Assembly (NCBI GenBank): GCA_964016885.1
Contig: OZ024743.1
Span: 101,866,001 to 101,930,000 of the forward strand
Source of the DNA: Eledone cirrhosa
Lineage: Eukaryota
Direction: 5' to 3'
DNA: 64,000 bases
In this document: positions 40,338 to 53,123 of the stretch, piece after piece
How the letters are laid out: the number at the start of each line of letters is the position of its first letter
How positions within the stretch are numbered: position 1 is the first letter of the stretch
The notes under the pieces: generated by a model
The model's input: the letters and a program-made list of their open reading frames with translations, nothing else
Databases searched by the model: none
What the model was told of the DNA's origin: nothing
Translations under genes and position numbers: made by a program

Positions 40338-40503
40338 TATGTATATATACGTGATATTTTCACAATGTATACAAGTACACCTATTGTATATTCATTAACG
40401 CTTTCATTCTGCACATGTTATCTAAGTCTGTTCTAATTCAATGAATTCGATTGCCTTCAGCAACACACGCATATAGGAAACATTTGCAACAATTTATTGT
40501 TGA

Positions 40504-40603
<100 letters not shown>

Positions 40604-40909
40604 GCGCGCACACACACACACATGCACATATGTATTTGTATAAAATATCCATACAAAAATTACCAGTATAGTACTGATGTCGATTCGTCCTCTATATCTC
40701 TTTCTCGCTTCATTTCTCTCACTCTTTATCCTTATCAGCAAAAATTCTATTGTAATCGGATCTGGAGAGGAATTGGTATTCACCAGGTCTAGGATAAACG
40801 CTTTAAAAACGCCGCATGTCAATATGGCGTCCCGACGTCACACTCGGGAATACGGGCCCATACCATACCATTTGTATATATGTATATATACATACATACA
40901 TGCATACAT

Positions 40910-41208
40910 GATGGCTTCCCCCTCGTTATCGAGTATTGCCATTGCACGATATACCATTATTAATAATTATTAATTAATTCTATCGTGCAATGCCTGTGCG
41001 TGAAAATATTTTTTAAAGTGAGGAAAGACTGTGCACTGAGCCAATCCCACTCTCTGAGCGACAGTAGCTATAACCCGAACAGAAGAAAAGATCAACATCA
41101 TCGGTAACTACTGAGCTGCAGGTTTTATGTCGGAGTTATCCCAGTTTCCTGAGTTGCCTTCTCCTAGAAGAATACCCTTCTAAAGGCTAAGAGTCCTTCA
41201 CTCCCAGT
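40910..41208 (-). mobile_element. Inverted copy of the 32928-33228 repeat
   Basis: Reverse complement alignment by eye, including the cattgcacgata/tatcgtgcaatg hairpin. Confidence 0.75.
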
Positions 41209-41209
41209 G

Positions 41210-44200
41210 GTTTAACCGCGCGATCGGGCGTCCAGCCCGACTATTTCTATGCCCCGCGCATATACATACACATGCACCCATGTATATACACATATACATA
41301 TACATACATATGTACATGTGTATATACATATTTACACACTTTTGGATGGCCGTTGAGTTCTTCCGCCCTTTGTCAGGTTTTGTTTTTTTGTCCTGCAGGG
41401 TGTCCAAAATCACCCTCCTCACCAAGTAAACTTGCTACAACTTACTTAGTACTCTCTTTCCACTTATTCACTGTTCAATTGAAATTTTTCGCCCACCCCC
41501 CCTTTTTGCTCTATTAGCTGCATAAATATTTACGTGTTCGGTTTAATTAGTACTTCCTGTTTCCCCTTTTAAACTTACTTTTAAAACATACTTTGACACT
41601 ACGGTCATGCCCCCCAAGAAAAGACCACGGCTTAGTCGCCAAACTAAAGCTGCTTCTGCTGCCAAACGAAGAAGAGCTACAGAGTCGTCCCTCGAGAATT
41701 TGACTCGGTTGTCACAAAATGCAACTTCGAAATGCAATTACCCGGTCAACCGAGACAGAAACACAGAGGAGCATTCGCCTTTCCGGGAATGCATTTCTAA
41801 CTGCAGTTGCACGTGCAGCGCAAACTGATGAACATTATTCTCGACGATGAAGCAAAAATGATGCCTTCACTGCTGCGGCGCGTGCTGGTGAGGACGAAGA
41901 ACAGCGTTCCAGATGACGAGGAAGAGATGCCGCATCAACTGCTGCGTCGCGTGTTGGTGAGGACGAAGGGCAGCGTTCCAGATGCCGACGAACGGACGCC
42001 GCTTCAATCGCTTCTGTGCGCGCGTCAGAGACTAAACGCCAATGCATTCTGCAGGAGTGCTCAACGAGGTACTCCGAGGATAAGTACTCAGTGGTCTCAT
42101 AAGACTTTCCACTATGATCCTACAGTTAACTATGCACTGCTGCCAGAATTTCAGATTGTATCCATGTCCGTCATTTGCCAATCTTGCCGGGCAAAAAAAT
42201 GGCCTGGGGAGACTTCAGGGATGTGCTGCTCTGACGGCAAAGTGAAACTGCCTCCTCTACAGGGACCACCACAACCTTTGAAGTCTCTACTGACCGGTGT
42301 CACAGCGGAGTCGCAACACTTCCTTTAATGTTCCAGGAGATACAACGCTGCCTTTTAAATGACCTCTTTCGGAGCTAACATCATACAGGAGGACGACTTC
42401 ATGCCTACCTTTAAAGTTCAATGACAAATTTACCACAGGATCGGTTGCTCCTGCCTAGGACAGACGGAGAGCCCCAGTTCCTACAGCTATACTTTGTCAC
42501 TGACTATTTGGACCAAGCGGAACGACGCGCTTTAATTTCGCCTGGCACAGAGATGAAAATTCTGTTGGAACTTCAGCGAATGCTGCACGAAAACAACAAC
42601 TACATTCGCAGTTTTAAATGCGCTTTGGAGGCCGCTCCGGCGCCAAATGTTGCTGTTATAATCGACGCTGACAGGAAACCACCATGCACTCACGCCGGCC
42701 GTTTTAACGCTCCCACGTGCAATGAAATAGCTGTGCTTCTTCATGGAGAACAGTACAACAAGCGAGACATCATACTTGAATGTAGAGACAACACTTTGCA
42801 AAAGATCAGCGAGACGCATAGGTCCTACGACGCATTCCAATACCCTCTCCTTTTCCCATTCGGTGACGACGGATACCCCTTTGGAATTCCTTTGTGCAAC
42901 AGCAACAAAACTGTTTCCTGTATGCAACTCTACGCCTACCGATGGAATCTGAAAGGCTGTGCTACGTAAGGAAAAGTCAAGCGCACCTTCGTTCGGACAG
43001 CTATATTCACTTACGGGATGGAGTAAGGAATGACGTCGATCCCGAGAACCTTGAAAAACATTGTATCCTTCTGTCGACGTTTATTGGGAGTCTCCGATAC
43101 ATCATTGAACGCACACAGGATGTTATGACTTACGTGCGTCTCTACGGCAGAACGGATTTCTTCATCTCTTTAAGTTGCAACCCTATAAGTGGACTGAAAT
43201 TACCGTGGAATTATTCCCCGGACAAAGGGCGTCAGACAGACACGACCTTACGCCACGAGTCTTCCACTTGAAATTGACAAAACTTATTGAACTCATACAA
43301 TCAGGTAAGGCCTTTGGACCTGTTAGGTGCTACGTATACACCATTGAGTGGTAAAAGAGAGGCCTCCCAACTAGCATTGACAGAATTATTTCAGCAGAAA
43401 TACCCGACCCGAAATTGGACAGAGAACTCCACAACATCGTCACTGTTCACATGGTTCAGGGGTCATACGGAAACGGTTTCAACATGAATTCGCCATGTAT
43501 TAAAGAAGGTGCACCAAGAGGTATCGAAGGCCATTCCTCCGAGAAACTCAGAAAGGTGGAGACGGTTACCCATTATACCGCCGCAGGGAGCCAGCGGACG
43601 GAGGAATTGTTGCGAAAACATCTTGGCGAAGGGATAGTTTCGGCATAACTTAACAAATTCCGACAGGCATAATTCAGGACACTGCCTACGACGTCGACGC
43701 CCTCGAACTGTTCATCAACGAAAACGAGCCAAAATTGTTGCAGGACCAACGGCGGGCGTATGACACAGTTTGCACTGCCATTCATCAACGCACAGGAGGT
43801 ATCTTCTTTTTGGACGCCCCAGGAGGAACTGGTAAATCATTCGTCACTAAAATCTTCCTCGCCAAAGTGCGACAACAAAAAGGAATCGCCCTGGCTGTGG
43901 CTTCTTCTGGGATTGCCGTAACTCTGCTGCCGGATGTAGGACAACTCATTCCGCATTTAAACTACCATTCAACGCGACTTTAGACGACACAATAACCTGC
44001 AATATCACCAAGGACTCTGACAAAGCAGAAGTTTTGAAAAGATGCCAGCTAATTGTGTGGGACGAATGCACAATGGCCCATAAAGGGTTCCTTGAGGCGT
44101 TAGAGAGGACCCTACGAGACATCAGCAACCGGCCAATGGGAGGACTACCTTTACTGCTGTCTGGCGATTTTCGACATACTCTTCCAGTTGTTCTAAAAGC

Positions 44201-45561
44201 CACCAGGGCCGACACTGTGGGGGCTTGCATTAAGTCATCTCCCCTGTGGCAGGAGGTGACAATTCTGACCTCACAACAAACATGAGAGCCCAACTGTTCA
44301 GCGACCACTTATCAGCCGACTTCTTGAAGGACCTCTTAACAGTTGGTGACGGCACTGCACCTTCAGATGCAGCTGGGGAAATGGCAGTCTCGCAAGTAGG
44401 CATCGTTGTCGACACTGTCGGCGACCTCACAGCCTCCGTCTTTCCCGATATGGCCATCAACTTCAAAAACACGAGTTAGCTGTGCAATAGAGCCATATTA
44501 GCTCCCAAAAATGTCCCTGTTGCAAAAATCAATGAGGACCTTCTGCAACGCATTCCCGGAAACCACCATACCTACAAATCTGTGGACACAGTTGTGGACA
44601 AAGATGAGGTTGACGATTTTCCCACAGAATTCCTCAATTCCGTGGACCTCTCCGGACTGCCACCTCATGAACTGTGCCTGAAAGTTGGGGCTCCAGTGAT
44701 GCTGTTGAGGAACCTGGAACCACCGCGTCTCTGCAATGGAACATGGTTCGGGGTAAGAAACCTCCTGCCGCATGTAATTAAAGCCACAATTATCACTGGC
44801 TGCGGCGCTGGAGAAAACGTCTTTATATCCAGAATACCATTAACTCCACCAGGTAAGCAATGCCCCTGTACTCTGCGCCGACTTCAATTCCCCGTTAAAC
44901 TTTGCTTCACGACAGGTCTCAAGGCCAAACGTTATCAACGGCAGGCCTCCATTTAGGCCAGCCGTGCTTCTCACACGGCCAATTATATGTCGCATGCGCA
45001 AGAGTCGGATGCAAGCAGAATTTATTCTTACTTGCGCCCAAAGGCAGAACAAAAAATGTGGTCTACAGAGAGGTGTTGTGACTCCTCTATTCAGCACCAC
45101 TACAGTCTTGCCGGTCTGATATGGTGAGTAGATGCTATTGTTGTATATTTTCAAACATACCCGTATTTACTTACCCATTCTTATTCCCGCTCTTTCCTCC
45201 ATAGGGCATCCAATCTGTTTTCGCAGAGCATGAAGTTTCGGGACAGCACGTCCGCTGCCGTTGGTGGAAGAGGAAGAGGCCCTATTCACGTGCGAACGTT
45301 TAGCAACCCTTTCCAGGACTTCCTACCAAATTGTTACCATTGTGAGAACGATAACACGGCCCTTTTCAGAGCCACCTCACATTCAATTGTTACCCCCTTC
45401 TGAGAGTGTTGCAAAGCCCTTTGCAGGGCTTTCTATCTTGCAAATCGATTGGTTGGGCGGGAACTTATATCAATCTTTGCCTCAATAATCATAATTGAGT
45501 GGAATCATTAAGAGTATTTTAAAGCAATTAAACCCCGAGCAACGCCGGGCATTACTGCTAG
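41210..45561 (+). mobile_element. Decayed autonomous Helitron (Rep/Hel, PIF1-type helicase)
   Basis: Frameshifted ORF pieces 41607-45080: C..C.AKKW.GE..GMCC..GKV, MTSFG, GRFNAPT, YDAFQYPLLF, DFFISLSCNP, FFLDAPGGTGKS, IVWDE, GDFR, ILAPKN, VMLLRNL, RLQFPVKL. 3' hairpin cccg.gcaacgccggg plus CTAG 45558-45561. 5' end uncertain. Confidence 0.95.
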
Positions 45562-45594
45562 AAACACAAACCAGGTTTTCTTCACAAACAGCTT

Positions 45595-45704
<110 letters not shown>

Positions 45705-46648
45705 GCTATGCTGATGACACGAAGTAGTGAAGGAAATCAAAAACCTGGCTGATGCTGCCCTTTTACAACAAGACCTGGATGCCATATACAAATGCAACAT
45801 GCAATTTAATGCTGGAAGATTTCAAGCCCTAAAATACCAACCTGCAAACACAATAAAACAGAACTACTCCTCCTGACCAGGAGGGATCAAAATCCCCATG
45901 TCGAAATCGATACGAGGCCTGGGGATAGACATGAATGACGATGCATCTTTTTCTTCACACATCATGAGGGTGGCGACAATGTGCAGACCACTTGCTGGCT
46001 GGATCTTGAAGACTCTCCGGACAAGAGATCAAGAGACCATGTTGATACTATGGAGGACATTTCTCCTAAGTCGTCTGAAATATTGCTCCCAACTGTGGTC
46101 ACCCCATAGTATCAAACTAACCAGGGAGCTTGTGGCAATCCAACGAAGCTACACTAAGAGCATTGCCACGACGAAGGAGATGAGCTACTGAGAGACGCTA
46201 AAAGAACTGAAACTCTACTCCTTGGAACGAAGGCGGGAGAGATACGCAGTGATATACATATGGAAAATCCTGAAGGGACTAGCATCAAACTTTGGCATTG
46301 AGAGCTGGACCAACCCTCGAACAGGACTGTGTGGTGCCAATGATCCTGTCTTTCACATCTAGAATAAGGAGCAGATATTGCTGTAATCTGGGCTTCAAAG
46401 GCCCTCAACTCTTCAACAAGCTGCCAAGAAATTTGAGAGATCTGCATGGTGTGGATGTTTATAAGAAAAATCCTGACATTTTGCCATCTAGGATCCCGGA
46501 TTAGCCCCCGGCACAGTACGACGGTAAGTTAAGAGCAGCAGCAGCGAACTCCTTCTTACACCCAATGGCCAGCCAACGCAGGCTGGAGATAGAATGTGTA
46601 GCAGCAAGGGTGGCCCCCAGCATGGCCTCAGCCGGATGGCTGGAACAG
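45705..46648 (+). mobile_element. 5'-truncated CR1/L2-group LINE (RT C-terminal half plus 3' tail)
   Basis: YADDTK...LQQDLDAIY, LGI.M....SFSSHI, SRLKYCSQLWSP, LYSLERRRERY. (GTAAAAGA)2 tail. Confidence 0.85.
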
Positions 46649-47139
46649 GTAAAAGAGTAAAAGAGTGTATATATATATATTATATATACGAGAGATAGTG
46701 ATCTTCTGACGTGACCTGTGATGAATATTGAATGATAGACGAAATGTACATGGAAAACATTTTGTAGCTTCACTATGAATTTTAAAAGCGGTGATTATAC
46801 CACCGTATATTCTTATCAACCAAGGGAGAGCACCCCGAGGGCACCGTTTCTCGATCATTAATGGTCGTCCAGAACCTCACTACCTCTCATTAATTCTAGC
46901 CCGTTATCTTTTGCTCTGCCTATGTTCAAAAGCATAAAAACGATAAGCTTTTAGTTTATTTCCTTTGAGCATTCAAGTGGAGGAAATCTTTCCGATAGTA
47001 ATGTCGCATATTTACGATGATAAACTGAAAATGATGAAAACACAAGGTTTACATTTTTTCATGGTCAAATATTTGTGTTAGTATCAGGTCAACTGTTCCT
47101 TTCATTGAATAAATTCCTACTTTGATTTCCTGGACGTAC

Positions 47140-48105
47140 AAGAAGTTAACAAAAATTATATTCGGCATTGTATGCTGAGTGAATTTCATAAAGGCAACGA
47201 TGATAATGAAGAAGAACTGATTGGGTGAATGTTAGAAAATATCAGAAATTGTTTTCAAAGTTTTATAAAGGCAGTTTTGATCTTTCTCATGGGAATCGAT
47301 CAGGAAGTCTTATTGTTCTGGATAATGCCACATTGAAAGCCGCAATTGAAGAGGATCCACGCCAAAGTATGAATTGTCCCAGAGATTTAATACACCTTGG
47401 TCAATTATTCAGGAAGATCTTAAGAAAATTGGAAGGTGAATAGGGAGGGTGTTTGGGTGTCTTATGAACTGTCTCCAGATTTTCCTTCAACTATTTGCAA
47501 CAGTTTGTTTACCAGGAATGAAAAATCACCTTTCATTTATCAAATTGATACGGGTGATAGGAAATGGATCGTTTCTGTAACCAATAAACGCAAGAATCAG
47601 TAACTCTCAAAGAATGAAACACCAATTCCAACATCCAAGTCTGCATTACATAGAAAGAAAGTAATGTATCTAGTGAAATAATAAAGGTGTGGTCCACTTT
47701 GAACTATTGGAACAAGGAACAATTTACTGCAGAACTTTATTGTTAATAACTTCTTTACCATTTGAATGAAGCTTTGCATAGGAAGCATCATGTTGTAGTG
47801 AACAGAGTAATTTGCAACAGTATAATGCATGGCTATATTCTGCAAAACAAACACAAGACAAAGTATGGCATTAGGCTGGGAAGTTTTGTTCATCTCCCCA
47901 TACTCAGCAGACTTGGCATGATCAGATATTTTATTTATTTAATCTCTTGAACATTTTATCCGTGGGCAAGTATCACAAGTATTTAAAAAGTTGAAGTAAC
48001 ACTTATTTCCTCTTTTCTTTCAAAGACACAGATGTTTTCGGCCGAGGAATAAGACTTATCTAAAGATAGAGAAAGATTATTTCTCATGATGGTGATATTT
48101 GTGAA
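47140..48105 (+). pseudogene. Mariner (DD34D-type) transposase relic
   Basis: RSG...LKAAIEEDPRQS, GVWVSYEL (WVPHEL), IDTGDRKWI (TGDEKW), HLPYSADLA*SD (YSPDLAPSDY). Many stops and frameshifts. TIRs not identified. Confidence 0.85.
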
Positions 48106-48167
48106 TATTATGGTTTGTTAATTATAACACCCAACAAAGAAGCGACATTACTTTCCGGCACTCCTAC

Positions 48168-48247
<80 letters not shown>

Positions 48248-48684
48248 TAGTTAGTAAGATAAAAAGTGCGAGAGCCGATGTTTTAAAGCCAGAAATCGAA
48301 ATTAAATCTGTATGATCTCTGCATTACAAACACCGTTTCAGGCTTGACCTCCCAACCTTAACATTAGCTCTTTCATTCTTACTACGCAATTCTATATTTA
48401 ATGTTAAGGTTGCGAGATGACTATACGATGGTATAGAGGAATTTGATTGAGAGACAGTAATGCAAATAATAGAAGATAAATATTCAATAGCTTTTGTTTA
48501 ATTTCACGGATATGCTAGCGTTACTGAATCGCAACACACATACCTACCTAGCTACCTGCCTGCCCACCTACATACCCCACTTTCGCTATCTATCAATGTA
48601 GTTCTATATGTGAGCATACACATCTCTTTCAATCATTCTGAATTGTTCAGAGCATACGAGACAAAACATATTGATGAATTAATA

Positions 48685-48898
48685 ATGGTTTCTGATTTAG
48701 GCACAAGGCCAGCAATTTTGCGTGAGGGAGAAAGTCGATTTAATCAACCCCAATGCGTGATTGGTACTTTATTTTATCGACCCAGTAAGGATGAAAGGCA
48801 AAGCTAACCTCGGCGGGATTTGAACCCTGAACGTAAAGGGCCGTAACTCTAGGCCGCGAAACAGCATGTCCGTCGCTCTACCGATGCTGCCAATCCAA
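48685..48898 (-). mobile_element. Full-length tRNA-derived SINE
   Basis: Same family as 9580-9770. Confidence 0.85.
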
Positions 48899-49209
48899 TA
48901 CAAGCTAGAATGGACCTGCGTGGACTTCGAAATTAACGTGAAATTGTTGTGTAAGTGACTGAGTATTCCATAGGCACATCTACCCTTAAATTAATTCTAA
49001 TAGCTATTCAGTGTGACATAGTATATGACCAGGCTGATCATTTGAATTACGAGCAGTATTCATTATACAGGCTTCCAAGCTGTGTTCCTCCGCCCGGTTT
49101 CACTCACAATAAATGGCAGTCCCAAAGTTATTGTAAATGGTGCTTACCCAAAATGCTATGCATTGGAATTGAACCTGGATCCTAATGATTGCAAAGCGAT
49201 CTGCTTAAA

Positions 49210-49850
49210 CATTTGATGCTGCTCTGTTACTCGGTCAAAGAGACGAGCTATGGAAAGATGTCTCACGAACAAGAAGCACTCTTGTTCATCAATTGACTTC
49301 TGGAAATGCTGCAGTCTCAGTGTTTGTTCGCACATTAATAGTCACAACATGCCGAGTCACCCAAACAGAGGCTGTTCGCATCAGATGGACTCTGGCACAA
49401 TTAGAACGCATCCTATTCCACAAGAGTAGATGCTCCAATCTAGTCAATCGAGGAGTGGGATATGGCACAAGGGCCAGGCCGCTATTAACGACACATTCGA
49501 TAATTATGCCCGAGTTTTGGAGATTGGCCACTTTTCCCGAAACCTGTCTTAGTTCCTGTCTATCAATCCCCGAAGAATTTAACCGGTCCAGCGTCCAACG
49601 GCGAAGTGCCTCTCAGATGGAACTATTTTCCAGGCGCTGGACCATTTGTGTTAATTATTGCCCCCGTCACAGTCTCAAATTCATTTAAAATTGTTTCGAT
49701 CACTTCCTCTTCTGTAGTGTCTGACATCATTACTGTTTGCATGCACCGACCCGACTCTCCCAGTTTCAAGTACATATTGAAAAAGATGCCCCCCAAGAGC
49801 TCCAGCATCCGCAGAAGTGTCTCAAGTGTCAACGCGTATACAAGCACGTA
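49210..49850 (-). pseudogene. Old Tx1/L1 RT fragment
   Basis: LVYALTLETLLRMLE...ILNEFETVTGAIIN; LVPYPTPRLTRLEHLL, homologous to ORF 50904-52472. Confidence 0.75.
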
Positions 49851-50420
49851 TCGTCTATGCTAGCCCACCGCCATAATAAGGCAGTTAGTTCACCATTCCA
49901 TCGTCTATGCTAACCCCACCGACACAATGAGGTGAATAGTTCAGCATTCTATCATCTGCTCCAACACCACCGCCAGCACCACCAGTTCACCATTCCATCG
50001 TCTTTACTACCTTAAATGTCAGAATAAGCCAGTTAGTTCGTCCTTCTATTGTTTCTACTACCCCCAAAACCACAATAAGGCAGTTAGTTCACCATTCTAT
50101 CGTCTCTACTAACCCCACCGCCAAAATAAAGCAGTTAGTTCGTTCTTTTATCATTTTTACTAACGCCACCACCATAATAAGGCAATTTGTGCAACATTCC
50201 ATCGTCTCTGCTAGCCTAAATGTCACAATAAAGCAGTTCGTTCGTTATTCTGTTTGTACTAACCCTATCAGCACAGTATGGTAGATAGTTCGTCATTCTG
50301 TTGTCTGTACTAACCCTACCATCACAACAAGGCAGTTAGTTCGTTATTCTGTTTATACTAACCCTACCACCACAATAAGGCAGTTAGTTCGTCCGTCTGT
50401 CGTCTCTGAATCTCCTACCA
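49850..50420. repeat. ~50 bp minisatellite, about 11 diverged units
   Basis: Unit approx. taaggcagttagttcaccattccatcgtctatgctaaccccaccgccacaa recurring every ~50 bp. Confidence 0.9.
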
Positions 50421-50703
50421 CCATCACCACCCCCACTACGATCACCACTACTACCATAATAATAATAATGATAATAATAATAATAATAATAATGCTTTCT
50501 TTATTAACCACAAGGGTATACATAAAGTAGACATTAAGGACAGTACAGGACAATACAGGACAGTACAAATGGGCATTTCTGCGTGTAAAAAACAAACAAA
50601 CACAGGATGTAACAAAAAATAACAATGAAACATTCCCCATTAAAAGGACACAGTGACCCTGACCACCAGGGCAAGTGCCCTCTCCCAGTTTTCCATCTTT
50701 AAT

Positions 50704-53089
50704 TTACAGACACATACTCAGAGTAGGCCCATTCACTCGGGCCATACTTGCTTCTCTCACCCATCTTTCAACAACATGCTGGGAAGAGAGCACTTCCCTC
50801 TTTACCCTGATTTTCCTTTTCAAATGAAATTTGAAACAGTTAATCAGGGCATCACCGAAGAAGTAAGTGCTCGTCTTCAGCCCTTTCAAACGTGTCCACT
50901 ATACTATCTCTTTCGCCATGGCCACCAGACAGATAAAAACTGCCTGCCCTTCCCGGCTAAAGGAAGAGGGGGTGGGGCAATCCTCACGATGGACTCAGCT
51001 GATAGTTGGATCCGTCCTACACGTGACAGCATGTGTTCGACATAAACCCACAAGTCAGCAATGCTCGGACACCGGACGAGTGCGTGCAGGACAGTTTCGT
51101 CGCCCTGCGCGCATCTCGGACATGCGCGTCTGGCGGCACCTCCATGCCTGTAGAGTTTATCCCGAACTGGCAAAGCTCCTCGGTAGCACTGCCAAGCCAG
51201 GGATTTCTGGAAGTTGTCCATAGGCCCCGGCCCGAAAGTCCTTCCGAAGAGATTGGTTAGTTGATTTTCGTCGACGCCTAGATTTTCTCCAAGTACGTCG
51301 TCGCTCTTCCCCTCCACTAATCCTCTATAGAACGCCAAGATGGATTTTCCACCGATCACATTGCCCGATTGGTCGAGGGCTGTGAGCGCCTGAAGACATT
51401 CCAGTCTCCAAGCGCTCCCTCTCGGTCTTCGCTTGACCCAGGACTGCAGCTCCGTCAAGGAGACGAGCTGGGGAAATACGTGTCTAGCAAACGGCGACCA
51501 CACCTGATCACCGTCGAGGAAGAGGTGGAGATGTCGTAGCCTGAGCGCGTGTCTGTGCATCATCAGCCACGGCATGCCCAGCCCTCCACGTAGCGGGTGT
51601 TGACAGCAGATGGACCGCCTGACCATCGGAGCGCGTCCCTTCCACAAAAAGCGAAAGAGCAAACGCTCCAGCGCAGTCAGCCGGGGCTTAGGACAAGGTA
51701 CGACGGTCAGGCGGTAGTAGATGACGGACGCGATGTACGCGTTAGCCACCTCCGCTTGACCTTTCAGGAATAGCTTCCACTCCGCCCATTTCTGGGTGAG
51801 AGAAGCCACCCTGCTCGTCACATCGTCCCAGTTTTTGTCCGTCTGGAGATCCGGACCGAACCAGACGCCGAGCAATTTAACCGGTCCGTCCGTCCAGCGC
51901 CTGACGACGCTGTTGAACGGCATGGACCTTCCTCTCCAGGTGCCGAGCTGCAGGCCCACTGACTTTTCCTGGTTGATCATTGCTCCTGTCACCGCTTTGT
52001 ATTCCCTTAGTGTAGTGCTGATCGCCTCGATGTGTTTGGCGTTCGATACCACTACGGTGACATCGTCCGCATATGCTGACACGGATCTTCCACATCCTAG
52101 TTCTCGCGGGATCCCCCTCAACGTCTCCAATTTGTGCAGTAATGGCTCGAGAGTCAATACGTACAAGTGGGACGAGAGGGGACATCCTTGGCGGACCGAG
52201 CGCATGATGTTGAACGGTTCCGAAAGGTGACCGTTCACTCTCACCACAGAGCAGATCTCGCTGTGCATGGCAGCGATCCAGCCTCTGAAGACGGGCCCAA
52301 AGCCAGCCGCCCTCAGGACTGCCGCTAGGTAACGATGGTCGACCCTATCGAAAGCTTTCGACTGATCTAAATTGATCAAGGACCCACCCGTGTCAGGTTC
52401 CCTAGCTACCCTCTCTACAATGTATCGAATGATGTGGAGGTTGTCGTGGTGGATCTGTCGGGAATGGCGCATGTCTGTGCCTCTCCCACCAAACCACCAA
52501 CGACAAGCGCCAACCTCTTTGCTAGCAGCTTGGCCAAAATCTTGAACTCTGTGTTTAGCAGAGTTATAGGCTTGAAATTATATATGTTATCCCCCTTGTT
52601 CGGATCCTTTCTCAGCAGCGCCACAGCTCCTCGGCTCACAGAGCTGGGAATTCTCCCGTTCTGTTGCCAGTTGCAGTAGCCGTCCGCCAAGAGGCCTCCG
52701 AACAGGTCTGGCTGTACGTAAAGTTCATAGGGAAGACCACCCAAACCAGGCGATTTACCCCTTAGTAGCCTGAAAGCTTGCCCGTCTCCGCTGGTCACGT
52801 CCAGCACCACCAACTTACCTTCTGGGTCCAGGAAGATGGCCCGTATGGCGAGATCCAAACCTCTCCGAAAAAGCACAGCAACTCCTCCCCCCGATCCAGG
52901 ACGGCTGGAAGATGCGTACACATCGTAGCCGCCGAAGATCGGTGCGAAGGCCCGTGCTTCGGAGATTCTGGTCTCGCTGATGTCCACTACATCTATGTTT
53001 AGTGACCTAAGGTCGTTGAACAGGTGGCCCTGCTTCCATGACGACCCCAAGGCACGCGCATTTATGCTGCCTATTCTGAGTGAGGTCAT
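50704..53089 (-). pseudogene. Tx1/L1 ORF2 (APE-RT-CCHC), frameshifted and internally deleted
   Basis: ORFs 52415-53089, 50904-52472 and 50704-50889 with EN, RT and C-terminal motifs. Confidence 0.9.
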
Positions 53090-53123
53090 GTTGAAAAGGA
53101 GTGGAAAAGATGGAAAAGACCAC

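Noticed and set aside
49850-50420. CRISPR-like periodicity
   Set aside because: Whole unit is repeated with no unique spacers, no cas genes, eukaryotic context.
50494-50703. SECIS in the true 3'UTR of the Tx1 element
   Set aside because: No RUGA on the minus strand; the GGGCAC/GUGUCC hairpin lacks the quartet and AA motif.
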